NCBI GenBank assembly: GCA_016219445.1
Contig: JACRNA010000013.1
Coordinates: 1 to 50,924 of the forward strand
DNA from: Candidatus Amesbacteria bacterium
GTDB taxonomy: Bacteria > Patescibacteriota > Microgenomatia > CAZETR01 > Amesbacteraceae
Reading direction: 5' to 3'
Length of the DNA: 50,924 bases
Both the position numbers and the translations under genes were made by a program. Shown here one piece after another: positions 26,802 to 35,928 of the stretch. The notes beneath the pieces were generated by a model. That model was given only the letters and a program-made list of their open reading frames with translations, searched no databases and had not been told where the DNA came from. The stretch's first letter is position 1. Every line of letters begins with the position of its first letter.

Positions 26802-27649
26802 GTATCGTAATCACAGTTCTCAATGAGGAGAAAACAATTAAAAAATTATTGGATGTGCTTCGTAAGTCGTCAGCTGAAATTATTGTTGTAGATGGTGGTT
26901 CCACTGATAATACAGTGAAGCTTTGCAGAGGTATTAAAGTAATTTCGGGAAAATATAATAGGTCTGAAGGACGAAATATTGGGGTTGCAGCAGCAAAAGG
27001 GGATATTATTGCTTTTACTGATGCGGGTTGCGTGCCGGAGAAAGATTGGCTAAAAGAATTGTTAAAAGTAAAAGCTGGCGTTGTCGCAGGATTTTATCGT
27101 GGTCTTCCTCAAAATATATTTGAGAAATGTTTAGTTCCCTACGTTTTGGTGATGCCTGATAGAATTGGATCAGAGTTTCTTCCGTCTACTCGGTCAATGG
27201 CGATAAAAAGAGAATTGTTTTTAAAAATGGGGGGATTTGATCCCTTGCTTGACACCAGTGAGGATTTCGAATTTGCCAACAGGCTCAAAAAAGCTGGAAT
27301 AAAGATTGGTTTTGCCAAGGATGCAATTGTCGGCTGGTATCCAAGAAAAAATTTGAAATCGGCTGCCTGGATGTTTCTCAAGTTTGCGGTTTCTGATATT
27401 TATGCCGGCATTATGCGGCCAAAAGTCAAGTTTCTTATTTTGCGATATTATCTTTTTTTCTTTTTGGTTTTTGTAAATACATGGTTTGGATTATTGGCGG
27501 TATTTTATATAATTTGGTCTGTGTTGAAAAGTTATAAATATGTACGCGACTGGCGGGCATTTTATTGGTTACCGGTGATACAATTGACTGCAGATATGAT
27601 GGTTATCTTTGGTACTGTCATGGGACTTCTGTCCCGGCCCAAAAAATGA
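26789..27649 (+). CDS. family 2 glycosyltransferase with a C-terminal membrane segment
   Basis: VSIVITVLNEE...IIVVDGGSTDNT, a DAG (DxD-like) motif, and TM helices at the end. Confidence 0.85.
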   Translation: MAKVSIVITVLNEEKTIKKLLDVLRKSSAEIIVVDGGSTDNTVKLCRGIKVISGKYNRSEGRNIGVAAAKGDIIAFTDAGCVPEKDWLKELLKVKAGVVAGFYRGLPQNIFEKCLVPYVLVMPDRIGSEFLPSTRSMAIKRELFLKMGGFDPLLDTSEDFEFANRLKKAGIKIGFAKDAIVGWYPRKNLKSAAWMFLKFAVSDIYAGIMRPKVKFLILRYYLFFFLVFVNTWFGLLAVFYIIWSVLKSYKYVRDWRAFYWLPVIQLTADMMVIFGTVMGLLSRPKK

Positions 27650-28851
27650 AAAACGGACTTTCCTGGACAGCCGCTTTACGGGGCGTTTTGCGCCTAATTA
27701 CTATCTTGCGCATGGCTATTCTAGCCCGGATTCTGACTAAAGCCTCTCTGGGAGTGTTTGGGATAGTCACTATGGTCCTAGGTCTTCTGGAAATAGCTAC
27801 CGAGACAGGCATTAATGTATTTTTGATGCAGGAAAAAGACAAAATTGATAAGTATCTTGATACAGCCTGGATTCTTTCTATTGTCCGCGGTTTGATAATC
27901 GCTGTATTGATTATAGTTATGGCTCCCCGGATCAGTACATTTTTCAATTCTCCGGACTCTTTAAATCTCTTATATTTATTGTCTTTGGCTCCGGTTATAA
28001 GAGGTTTTATCAATCCGGCAATAATAAAATTTCTCAAAGAATTGCAATTCGGGAGAGAATTTGTCCTGAGAGGATCTATTTTTGCTTTAGAAGCCGGGGT
28101 CAGTATATTAGTATCTTGGTATACCCGCTCGCCCGTTGGTCTGGTCTGGGGACTGATCGCCTCTGCACTTTTTGAAGTGATTTTGTCTTGGGTTTTTATT
28201 TCTCCGAAGCCAAAAGCCAATTTTAATTTAATGTTTTCCAAAGAAATCTTCTCACGCGGAAAATGGGTAGCGGGATTTGGTTTACTCGATTATTTATTTA
28301 CTCAAAGTGACAATATAGTTGTAGGCAAATTATTGGGTGAAGCACCGTTGGGAGTTTATCAATATGCTTACAAAGTTTCTACCACACCAGTTTCGGAAAT
28401 CGTGGATGTCTTTTACCGAGCCACTTTCCCGGTATTTTCCCAGATGAGTAATGGCGGAAAAAATCTCAAAAACGCTGTCATCAAGACGGTAATCACGGTA
28501 AATATGATGACGATTTTTCTAGGACTTACAATTTGGCTATTTGCCAGACCTATAATATTAATTTTATTTGGCACTGCTTGGCTGGAAGCGGTTCCGGTAT
28601 TGAGAATATTGGCTTTTTTGGGTATGGCCCGGGGGATGGCCTATTCATTTAATGCTGTCTTTATGGCCCAAAAACAGCAGAAGTATGTGACACTGATCAT
28701 ATTGACCGGTACTTTGGGATTGTTAATAACGATAATTCCGGCCGTCAAAATGTGGGGAATAATGGGAGCAGCCATGGCTGCCACTTTTGGAGCCGTCCTG
28801 TCTCTGCCGGTGGCAATTTATTTGGCCAACAAATCATTTAAGTCTTTATGA
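27646..28851 (+). CDS. Wzx-like polysaccharide flippase (MOP superfamily)
   Basis: About 12 TM helices with a polysaccharide-biosynthesis-protein N-terminal pattern. The ATG at 27646 overlaps the upstream stop (ATGA). Confidence 0.8.
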   Translation: MKNGLSWTAALRGVLRLITILRMAILARILTKASLGVFGIVTMVLGLLEIATETGINVFLMQEKDKIDKYLDTAWILSIVRGLIIAVLIIVMAPRISTFFNSPDSLNLLYLLSLAPVIRGFINPAIIKFLKELQFGREFVLRGSIFALEAGVSILVSWYTRSPVGLVWGLIASALFEVILSWVFISPKPKANFNLMFSKEIFSRGKWVAGFGLLDYLFTQSDNIVVGKLLGEAPLGVYQYAYKVSTTPVSEIVDVFYRATFPVFSQMSNGGKNLKNAVIKTVITVNMMTIFLGLTIWLFARPIILILFGTAWLEAVPVLRILAFLGMARGMAYSFNAVFMAQKQQKYVTLIILTGTLGLLITIIPAVKMWGIMGAAMAATFGAVLSLPVAIYLANKSFKSL

Positions 28852-30368
28852 AATTAAATCTGGGTTGTGGAGCAGATATCCGTCTTGGATATATCAATGT
28901 AGATGTCATCAAAAGCCGGGGGGTTGATGTGGTTTGCGACATTTCTCAAAAATTGCCATTTAAGGACAATTCAATTGAGGAAATCGTGGCTCAAGATGTG
29001 TTGGAGCATTTGACTCGTGAGCAATTACTCTCCACCTTGAGTGAAATATCGAGAACTTTGAAAGTGGGCGGACAATTGTTTGTGAGAATACCCAATATAG
29101 ACGCAATTTTTGACAAATTTGCTGATGATCATGACACCCGGAATTTATATTTATATGGCAATACATTTCATACCGGTATTTGGGGCGCGCACAAGGCGGG
29201 ATATTCTTCAAAAGAATTTAGTATATTATGCCGATTGCATAATCTGAAACTAGTTTCGGAAACTTCTATAGATACTAATTATGAATTTGAGTTTGAGAAA
29301 ACGAATTTTTGTGTAAATCTCCGAAAAATCTTATTTATCAATCAAACTCTGGGTATAGGAGGTGCCGAGACATTTAATATTGGATTGTTCAATTGGTTAA
29401 AGAAGCAGAATATAAAGATTGAATCATATACGACCAACGATAGGTTTAACGAAATGTTGGGCGGGGCTCATAAAATTCCCGTGATTTTAGACATTATCGG
29501 CGATTGGAAGGGCTTATTTAAAGCGATATTATTATTGCCATATGGAATATGGCAATATCTGAAAATAATGTTTATAGACTTCGACCTGATTTATATGACA
29601 GGGTTTATAGAAAAGATTTTGATTACGCCAATGGCAAAATTAGCTGGTAAACCGGTCGTTTGGGTGGAATTTGGATCTTTGGCAAGTATCTTTAAAAAGT
29701 TTTTTGGCCTGCCAAAATTATTGTATCGGCTGGTCAGCTGGATGCCGGATGTAGTTATTATGCCCACTCAACATACCTACAAAGCTAATACAGCAATCAC
29801 TCATATTCCCACAGCCAAGATCAGGATTATACCCTGCGCTATCGATATTAAAAATTATAAATTAAAAATTAAAAATTATTCTGTAGTTTGTGTTTCGCGC
29901 TTGGAAAAAGGCAAAGGACAGGATTTATTGATAGAAGCATGGCCGAGAGTATTGAAAAAGTTTCCTGAAGCAAAACTAAAAATTATTGGAGAAGGGGATC
30001 TTAAGTTAACGCCTTGTAAAAATGTTGAAGTAGTTGGTTATGTTGAGGACGCAGTAAGTGAAATAGCCAAAGCCAGTGTCTTGGTCTTTCCATCGGTTTG
30101 GCCATTGGAAGGATTTGGGCTCGTAATGCTCGAAGCTATGAGCCAAAATGTTCCGGTCGTGGCGTATGATCGCGGCACTGCTCCGGAGATTATTGACGAT
30201 TCTTGTGGAATACTTGTGGATGACCTGGCCGAAGGCATTGTAAAAATGCTGGAACATCCACCCAAAGGTGGAATCAAGAGATTTAATGAAAATTATACCT
30301 TTGATATTATTGGTTCCAAGTATTTGGAGGTGTTTAAATATGCTCTGGCAAGTCATTCCCTACTTTGA
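28848..30368 (+). CDS. bifunctional SAM-methyltransferase / GT4 glycosyltransferase fusion
   Basis: N-terminus LNLGCGADI...DNSIEEIVAQDVLEHL (Methyltransf_11-like). C-terminus EGFGLVMLEAMSQNVPVVAYD (GT4 EX7E region). Confidence 0.8.
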   Translation: MKLNLGCGADIRLGYINVDVIKSRGVDVVCDISQKLPFKDNSIEEIVAQDVLEHLTREQLLSTLSEISRTLKVGGQLFVRIPNIDAIFDKFADDHDTRNLYLYGNTFHTGIWGAHKAGYSSKEFSILCRLHNLKLVSETSIDTNYEFEFEKTNFCVNLRKILFINQTLGIGGAETFNIGLFNWLKKQNIKIESYTTNDRFNEMLGGAHKIPVILDIIGDWKGLFKAILLLPYGIWQYLKIMFIDFDLIYMTGFIEKILITPMAKLAGKPVVWVEFGSLASIFKKFFGLPKLLYRLVSWMPDVVIMPTQHTYKANTAITHIPTAKIRIIPCAIDIKNYKLKIKNYSVVCVSRLEKGKGQDLLIEAWPRVLKKFPEAKLKIIGEGDLKLTPCKNVEVVGYVEDAVSEIAKASVLVFPSVWPLEGFGLVMLEAMSQNVPVVAYDRGTAPEIIDDSCGILVDDLAEGIVKMLEHPPKGGIKRFNENYTFDIIGSKYLEVFKYALASHSLL

Positions 30369-31065
30369 TGATATTGGCTGGTTTTACTCAGCTGCTAGGA
30401 ATGCATTACTATTAGGCAAGTTTCCCCTTTTGGGGATTACATCCAGTATCGTCTGGCTGCATCAGGGTCCGCTTTGGACCTACATGGTCATACCGGCATT
30501 CTGGTTATCAAACTTTCACCCTCTTTCCCCGGTAGTATTCATTATATTTATTAACTTATTTTTATTCCCTAATTTCTATTATCTAATTTCCAAGTTGTTT
30601 AATAAGCGAACCGCTCTACTAAGCATTTTTCTTTTTGCATTGATTCCATGGTGGAGAACGCACTCCATTACTCCCTATCACACTTCGCCCATTCCCTTAT
30701 TTGAAGTCATATTTTTGCTAAGTTTGATTAAACACAGAGATTTTTTGGCTGGTTTATTTTTGGGTTTACTATATCAGTTGCATCTATTGACTTTTATTTT
30801 CTGGCCATTGCTGCTACTTAGACTAAACAAAAAAAGTATCTTTGGATTTATACTTGGAATCTTGCCATTTATCATATCTGGTCCCACCCAAACTCTGGGA
30901 ATCTTTATCTGGATCATCAAGCACTTGTTTGAAGGTTTTGGTGGTACAGGCTTAGCATCGGATGCCTACCGGGTAGTATTATTTATTCCCGGTCTAATAT
31001 TCTTTGGTTTCTTTGTTAAAATAGTCTTAGACCATGTTGACAGCCATAATATTAACCAAAAATGA
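30340..31065 (+). CDS. short GT-C-like (ArnT/PMT-like) integral membrane protein
   Basis: SD GGAGG 9 nt before the ATG at 30340, first-loop acidic motif YFDDIGW, and 7-8 TM helices. Confidence 0.4.
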   Translation: MLWQVIPYFDDIGWFYSAARNALLLGKFPLLGITSSIVWLHQGPLWTYMVIPAFWLSNFHPLSPVVFIIFINLFLFPNFYYLISKLFNKRTALLSIFLFALIPWWRTHSITPYHTSPIPLFEVIFLLSLIKHRDFLAGLFLGLLYQLHLLTFIFWPLLLLRLNKKSIFGFILGILPFIISGPTQTLGIFIWIIKHLFEGFGGTGLASDAYRVVLFIPGLIFFGFFVKIVLDHVDSHNINQK

Positions 31066-31795
31066 AGAGAAGAATATTGAGAAGTGCATTGAGTCTTTGA
31101 GATTTTGTGATGAGATTGTGGTGGTGGATGACGGGTCGGTAGACAACACCGTCAAAATTGCCAAGAAATTGGGGGTAAGGGTTGTGGGATGTAAGATGCA
31201 GGATTTCAGTAGTCAAAGAAATTGGGCGATTGAGCAAATTAAATCAAATTGGATATTGTTTGTAGACGCGGATGAAATTGTCAATCAGGAGCTAGGAGAT
31301 AGCATTCAGGAGGCAGTCAAAAAGAATGACGCCAACGGATATTTAGTCCAGAGGGTGGACCACATTTGGAATCATAAGTTTAAATATGGAGATGTGGGTA
31401 ATGTCTGGTTACTTCGGCTGGCCCGCCGGGGAGCAGGTCAATGGTTGGGTGAAGTTCACGAGAGATGGGAAGTAGATGGCAGAATTGAAAAATTGGTGGG
31501 TGAACTCTCTCACTATCCACACCAGACGGTAGTGGAATTTTTGAAGCATATCAATAATTACTCGACGCTCAAGGCCAATGAATTTTATAAAAATGGTAGG
31601 AAAACCAATATATTGGAAATAGTTTTTGGTTCCATTTACCGATTTGTTTATTTGTATATTTGCAGATTTGGATTTTTGGACGGTACAGCCGGCTTTGTTC
31701 ATGCTATGCTTATGAGTTTTTATATGTTTCTAGTGGCAGGAAAGCTATATTTACTGTATAAAGGAATACCACATGGACAAACACCAGCTAATTAA
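31034..31795 (+). CDS. family 2 glycosyltransferase
   Basis: AIILTKNEEKNIEKCIESL...VVVDDGSVDNT and FVDADE. Confidence 0.85.
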   Translation: MLTAIILTKNEEKNIEKCIESLRFCDEIVVVDDGSVDNTVKIAKKLGVRVVGCKMQDFSSQRNWAIEQIKSNWILFVDADEIVNQELGDSIQEAVKKNDANGYLVQRVDHIWNHKFKYGDVGNVWLLRLARRGAGQWLGEVHERWEVDGRIEKLVGELSHYPHQTVVEFLKHINNYSTLKANEFYKNGRKTNILEIVFGSIYRFVYLYICRFGFLDGTAGFVHAMLMSFYMFLVAGKLYLLYKGIPHGQTPAN

Positions 31796-32528
31796 ATTAT
31801 CAAAAGACCGCTCAGCCCGCTGGGGTAGTGGTTTGTTTTGGGTGGATGGGGTTAATTTTGTAGATCAGGCTATCAAAAAAGGTTGGGAGATAGACACTCT
31901 GGTTTATTTGGCAGACAAATTAGATACCGAATTTAAACACTCGGTTATCCATGCTGTTCCCAAAGAAAAGAGGCTTCTCGTAGGCCACGCCGTCTACGAA
32001 AAGCTAGCCTACAAAGGAGATATTCAGGGTATCGGAGCGGTAGTCAAGATAAAGTCTCAAAAGGACAAACTTTTGGCTGGATCAGGACTGGTACTCGAGA
32101 ATACTCAATATGCCGGAAACTTGGGGACAATCATGCGCACAGCTCTCGGTTTTGGTGTCAAGAATATTTATTTGGTAGGAAAGACTGTAGACCCTTTTTC
32201 ACCAGAAGTGGTCCGTGCCAGCATGGGAGCCATCTTTGGCATGAACATTGTTCTAATTGATGACCTAAATATTTTGAGTTACTCAAATAACGTCGCTCTA
32301 TCACTAGATACAGACTCCCAACTTCTAACATCTAACTTCCAATATCCACCTTCATGGAATTTATGGTTGGGACACGAAGGCAGAGGCTTGACACCTCAAG
32401 CGAAGGCCATGTGTCAAACTAAGCTAAAAATTAAAATTAGCTCCGACATTGATTCACTAAATATTGCCGAGGCGGTTGCCATTGCTTTGTATGAATTTAC
32501 TGCTGATAGTAGCCTTTCTGGCGGGTAA
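31773..32528 (+). CDS. SpoU/TrmH-family RNA 2'-O-methyltransferase
   Basis: SPOUT motifs NLGTIMRTA, LGHEGRGL and SLNIAEAVAIALYE. Confidence 0.85.
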   Translation: MDKHQLIKLSKDRSARWGSGLFWVDGVNFVDQAIKKGWEIDTLVYLADKLDTEFKHSVIHAVPKEKRLLVGHAVYEKLAYKGDIQGIGAVVKIKSQKDKLLAGSGLVLENTQYAGNLGTIMRTALGFGVKNIYLVGKTVDPFSPEVVRASMGAIFGMNIVLIDDLNILSYSNNVALSLDTDSQLLTSNFQYPPSWNLWLGHEGRGLTPQAKAMCQTKLKIKISSDIDSLNIAEAVAIALYEFTADSSLSGG

Positions 32529-33531
32529 TCTATATAAGTTTTCATATGTTTCACCACTTGATGTTATAGTCGGACTCATGTGGATATTTATGTTACCCAA
32601 GATCCTAGATAGAAGAAATATATTACTCAAATCTATTATAGGGTTTACTATTGTAGGAGTAATATCTTTATTCATGGCATTATTAAAGTTTGAGTACGCC
32701 CAAGTTGTTATTGGAGCAATGTATTTACTCAGATGGATAGTTTATGCTAGTTTAGCGGGCGTGACAATTCAATCAATTAAAGTTTTACCAATTATAGGTA
32801 TTGGCATCGCAGTACTGGGAATTAGTCAGTATGTTTTTGTGCCAGACCTACGGTTTCTGGAATACTGGAATTGGGATCCACATTATTATAGGATAGTAGG
32901 AACCCTGTTAGATCCGGGATTTACGGGACTGATATTGGTACTGACTTTGGTTTTCATTGTCCTAAACAACTATAATAAAGCTTGGTGGTTAATCGTCTAC
33001 ATTGCCTTGGCTTTGACCTATTCCAGAGCCAGTTATTTGGCTTTTTTCACGGCCTTCACATGGATTTCTTATCAGAAACAAAACTGGAGATATGGTGTAT
33101 TTTCAATTTTAATTTTGGGACTGACCATTTTGATATTGCCTCGATATTCAAGTGGAGAGGGAGTTAAACTAGAGCGCACTAGCACAATATGGGCTAGAGT
33201 TGAAAGTTGGAGAAAAGCCTGGCAGATATTTAGTGACAATCCCATTTTCGGGGTCGGATTTAATACTTACAGATATGCCCAGAAAGCAAGTAACGATAGT
33301 CATGCCGGAGCCGGAGCCGATTCGTCACTGCTTCTTGTTTTAGCTACTACCGGAATAGTTGGTTTCTTGTTTTATCTAAAATATCTTAAGAGTATTTGGC
33401 AATTAGGAATGAATAATTTGTTACTAAGCACCTCCCTTGTTACTATTTTTGTACACTCAATGTTTTTAAACAGCCTGTTTTATCCTGCCATAATGCTTTG
33501 GATAGCGCTGCTTATTCCAAAAAAACCTTGA
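32491..33531 (+). CDS. O-antigen ligase/polymerase-like (Wzy_C) membrane protein
   Basis: Polytopic protein with the LTYSRASYLAF motif and a periplasmic-loop region. The ATG at 32491 is preferred to the TTG at 32464. Confidence 0.6.
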   Translation: MNLLLIVAFLAGNLYKFSYVSPLDVIVGLMWIFMLPKILDRRNILLKSIIGFTIVGVISLFMALLKFEYAQVVIGAMYLLRWIVYASLAGVTIQSIKVLPIIGIGIAVLGISQYVFVPDLRFLEYWNWDPHYYRIVGTLLDPGFTGLILVLTLVFIVLNNYNKAWWLIVYIALALTYSRASYLAFFTAFTWISYQKQNWRYGVFSILILGLTILILPRYSSGEGVKLERTSTIWARVESWRKAWQIFSDNPIFGVGFNTYRYAQKASNDSHAGAGADSSLLLVLATTGIVGFLFYLKYLKSIWQLGMNNLLLSTSLVTIFVHSMFLNSLFYPAIMLWIALLIPKKP

Positions 33532-34210
33532 TTTCTTTTTTTGTTTCGTTGCCGGCTTTGTCGCTAACCAGAAATGATATGCTATTTTCGCCAACATTCA
33601 AATTTATGGATGTTTCAAAGGTGCCGGTGATTCCCAACTGAATCCATCGACCGTTAATTAATAATTTGCTTTGAGGGTTAGTAGAACCCTTGATATTTAA
33701 TTTTTTGGATGTGACAGTTTGACCATCTTGGGGAGATTCAATGTTTATTTCAGGAGTTTTGGACAAGTATTCCACAGTATAGACAACTGATGATGGGCTT
33801 TGATTACCGGCCGAGTCCATGGCTACCAATTTAAATAAATTGTTTCCCCCTACAAGATTAATTTCAGGAAAGATAAACAAACCGTTGGATTGGGTTGTCT
33901 GATTTCCCTTGGATTCGCCATTTTGAGTCAGATAAACTCGGGATTCCGGTTCGGATTGACCGTTTAAATCTATCGTAGCACTGTTGGTAGCTGAATAGGA
34001 TAAATTAAGGGCGGGTGGTGGTGGTGGAATTAGGTCGTTTTTGTCGGTATTTACACGGTTGGAATTGGAGAGCATATTTACAAGTTTGGGTAGAAACTTG
34101 AAACCGGCAAAGCCAAGCACTAACATTAAAATAATTATCACTCCCAAAACTAAAGTAGCAACACGCATATCGCGCTTTTCTTCCAATCTTTGCAATCTAC
34201 TCCGGTACAT
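33512..34210 (-). CDS. membrane-anchored protein with two Ig-like (Big-type) beta domains
   Basis: N-terminal TM helix, PPPPP linker, and repeated G.S.P.S.V...NG patterns. Confidence 0.55.
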   Translation of the reverse strand: MYRSRLQRLEEKRDMRVATLVLGVIIILMLVLGFAGFKFLPKLVNMLSNSNRVNTDKNDLIPPPPPALNLSYSATNSATIDLNGQSEPESRVYLTQNGESKGNQTTQSNGLFIFPEINLVGGNNLFKLVAMDSAGNQSPSSVVYTVEYLSKTPEINIESPQDGQTVTSKKLNIKGSTNPQSKLLINGRWIQLGITGTFETSINLNVGENSISFLVSDKAGNETKKEIKVFLE

Positions 34211-34245
34211 TCTGTTAGAATTATAACACTGAGTGCAATCGAAGT

Positions 34246-34316
34246 GCCCTTTTAGCTTAATGGTAAAGCAGTGGTATCGTAAACCACCGATGTCAGTTCG
34301 ATTCTGACAGAGGGCT
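34246..34316 (+). tRNA. tRNA-Thr (anticodon CGT)
   Basis: GCCCTTT/AGAGGGC acceptor, GCTT/AAGC D stem, GTGGT-ATCGTAA-ACCAC anticodon arm, GTCAG-TTCGATT-CTGAC T arm. Confidence 0.9.
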
Positions 34317-34318
34317 CA

Positions 34319-34480
34319 ATGTGAATTCACTTGAAATCGGCCAGAAGAGGTCAGATCACAATTTCCATACCAATTCAGGCCAGTCACACACCTGCCTCCA
34401 CCGCCGATTCCGACAAACAGACAATTGGCTCCAGCTCTCTCGACTCTTTTGGCTTGGTCAATATCTACAACCGCATTCTC
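34319..34480 (-). pseudogene. remnant of an IMPDH/GMP-reductase-family gene (catalytic-loop fragment only)
   Basis: ENAVVDIDQAKRVERAGANCLFVGIGGGGRCVT resembles GNV.T.E.A..L..AGAD..KVGIGPGS.CTT. Only about 50 codons remain, and they abut tRNA-Thr. Confidence 0.35.
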
Positions 34481-34489
34481 AGAGTCTCG

Positions 34490-34905
34490 ATGATTTTTAC
34501 TGACAGAGAGCCAGGGCTCCAGATATTGACTGATATTTTTTTCATAAGGGGACAATTTATAGAAGAAATTCAATCGTTGGATCCTGTCAAAGTGGCAGTT
34601 CAAAAAGCGCGAGGTTATTATGCAAAATTACAAAAGCCAATACTTGTCGAGGATGTTTCACTATCTTTTTCTGCTCTCCATGGTCTTCCAGGACCATATA
34701 TAAACGATTTTATGAAATCCATATTGAGGGTTTTATAAGTGATAAAGCTCTTGGCGATAATGGTTTTGGCTGGGATCCGATATTTATTCCAGAAGGCTTT
34801 GACAAGACTTTTGCCGAGATAACTGATGCCGAAAAAAATAAATGTTCAATGCGGGCTATGGCATTGAATGAGTTTAATTCATGGTTACAAACTCCCAATA
34901 TCTAG
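34490..34905 (+). pseudogene. decayed Ham1/RdgB-type dITP/XTP pyrophosphatase
   Basis: EEIQSLDPVKVAVQKARGYY...PILVEDVSLSFSALHGLPGPYINDF is in one frame. GFGWDPIFIPEGFDKTFAEITDAEKNKCSMRA is in another. About 60 central codons are missing and the N-terminal TGNxxK is degenerate. Confidence 0.6.
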
Positions 34906-34938
34906 CGCTCGGTTGTGTAAAATTAAACCTACCTAGTG

Positions 34939-35847
34939 TCAATTTTCTACAAATCTTTCTTGTCTAACTTCTGATTTTGGAATGTGCTGTTTTACCTCGA
35001 GTATTTCATATGATTCGTTAACATAGGTTGCTACAGTCGGATCGAATATCTGGTAAATTTTTAGTTTGACTATCAGAATATCACCCTTACCAAACCTTTC
35101 GTCTCTATCTATTTCTTCAAAGAATTCTTTGTCAGTAATATATGCAGAAATTTTGTTTCCCAGATAATAAAATTCCCATTTAAACCTAGAATCAAATACC
35201 AGCTTAAAAATATTTAGGTTTGCAATTTCATCTATTTTTTCTCTTGTTTGTTCATTCTTAATGATTCTTTTGGTTGCTAATAGATCAAACTCGGTTTTAC
35301 TTGCTTCAAAAATAACTCCATTATTTCTCTGTATTTGAAGTCCTGTAATATTAGGATCATCTTGCAATGCTTCAAACCCCTTGCTCAACGAATCGTGTAT
35401 AGTCTGGTTTTTGCTGTAAATATTATGGTAAGTAAAGTTGTAGACTATTACATTTCCATTCACCCCTTCAACTTTAGTTTGATTATTTTCGATCTCGATG
35501 ACATTTGTAGGTTCATGATCTCCCAATATTTTCTTTAGGTTAAATAACTGGATCAATACATCTATTACTAATTTTGCGTATTCAAGATTATCACGATTCA
35601 ACAACTGTGGAATAAGAGGAAGAACCGCTAGGGCACCATCAATCATGTATTTTACCTCAAAACTGCCAGGGGTTAGTGCGACGATTTTTATTTCAATTTT
35701 ATTGTTTGGATTTAGTTCTTTGTTTATTTCTTGGATGACTGAAGATGTACTTAGGAGTGACTCAATAAGTGTGTTTACGTCTACTTGGTGCAACTGACCA
35801 TCAAATTTTACCGTAAAATCATCTCTCATTATTTGCGTTGTAGGCAT
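34939..35847 (-). CDS. orphan hypothetical protein (302 aa), no recognisable family
   Basis: Long uninterrupted ORF. A 60-nt sample counted about 33% GC. It is bracketed by tRNA genes and pseudogenes. Confidence 0.6.
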   Translation of the reverse strand: MPTTQIMRDDFTVKFDGQLHQVDVNTLIESLLSTSSVIQEINKELNPNNKIEIKIVALTPGSFEVKYMIDGALAVLPLIPQLLNRDNLEYAKLVIDVLIQLFNLKKILGDHEPTNVIEIENNQTKVEGVNGNVIVYNFTYHNIYSKNQTIHDSLSKGFEALQDDPNITGLQIQRNNGVIFEASKTEFDLLATKRIIKNEQTREKIDEIANLNIFKLVFDSRFKWEFYYLGNKISAYITDKEFFEEIDRDERFGKGDILIVKLKIYQIFDPTVATYVNESYEILEVKQHIPKSEVRQERFVEN

Positions 35848-35928
35848 TATATACCAATTTATGTTTTATAAAGATGAAAGTCAATATCAATAGTAGAATA
35901 AAATTTCCAACAATTTCCATTTCCATTG

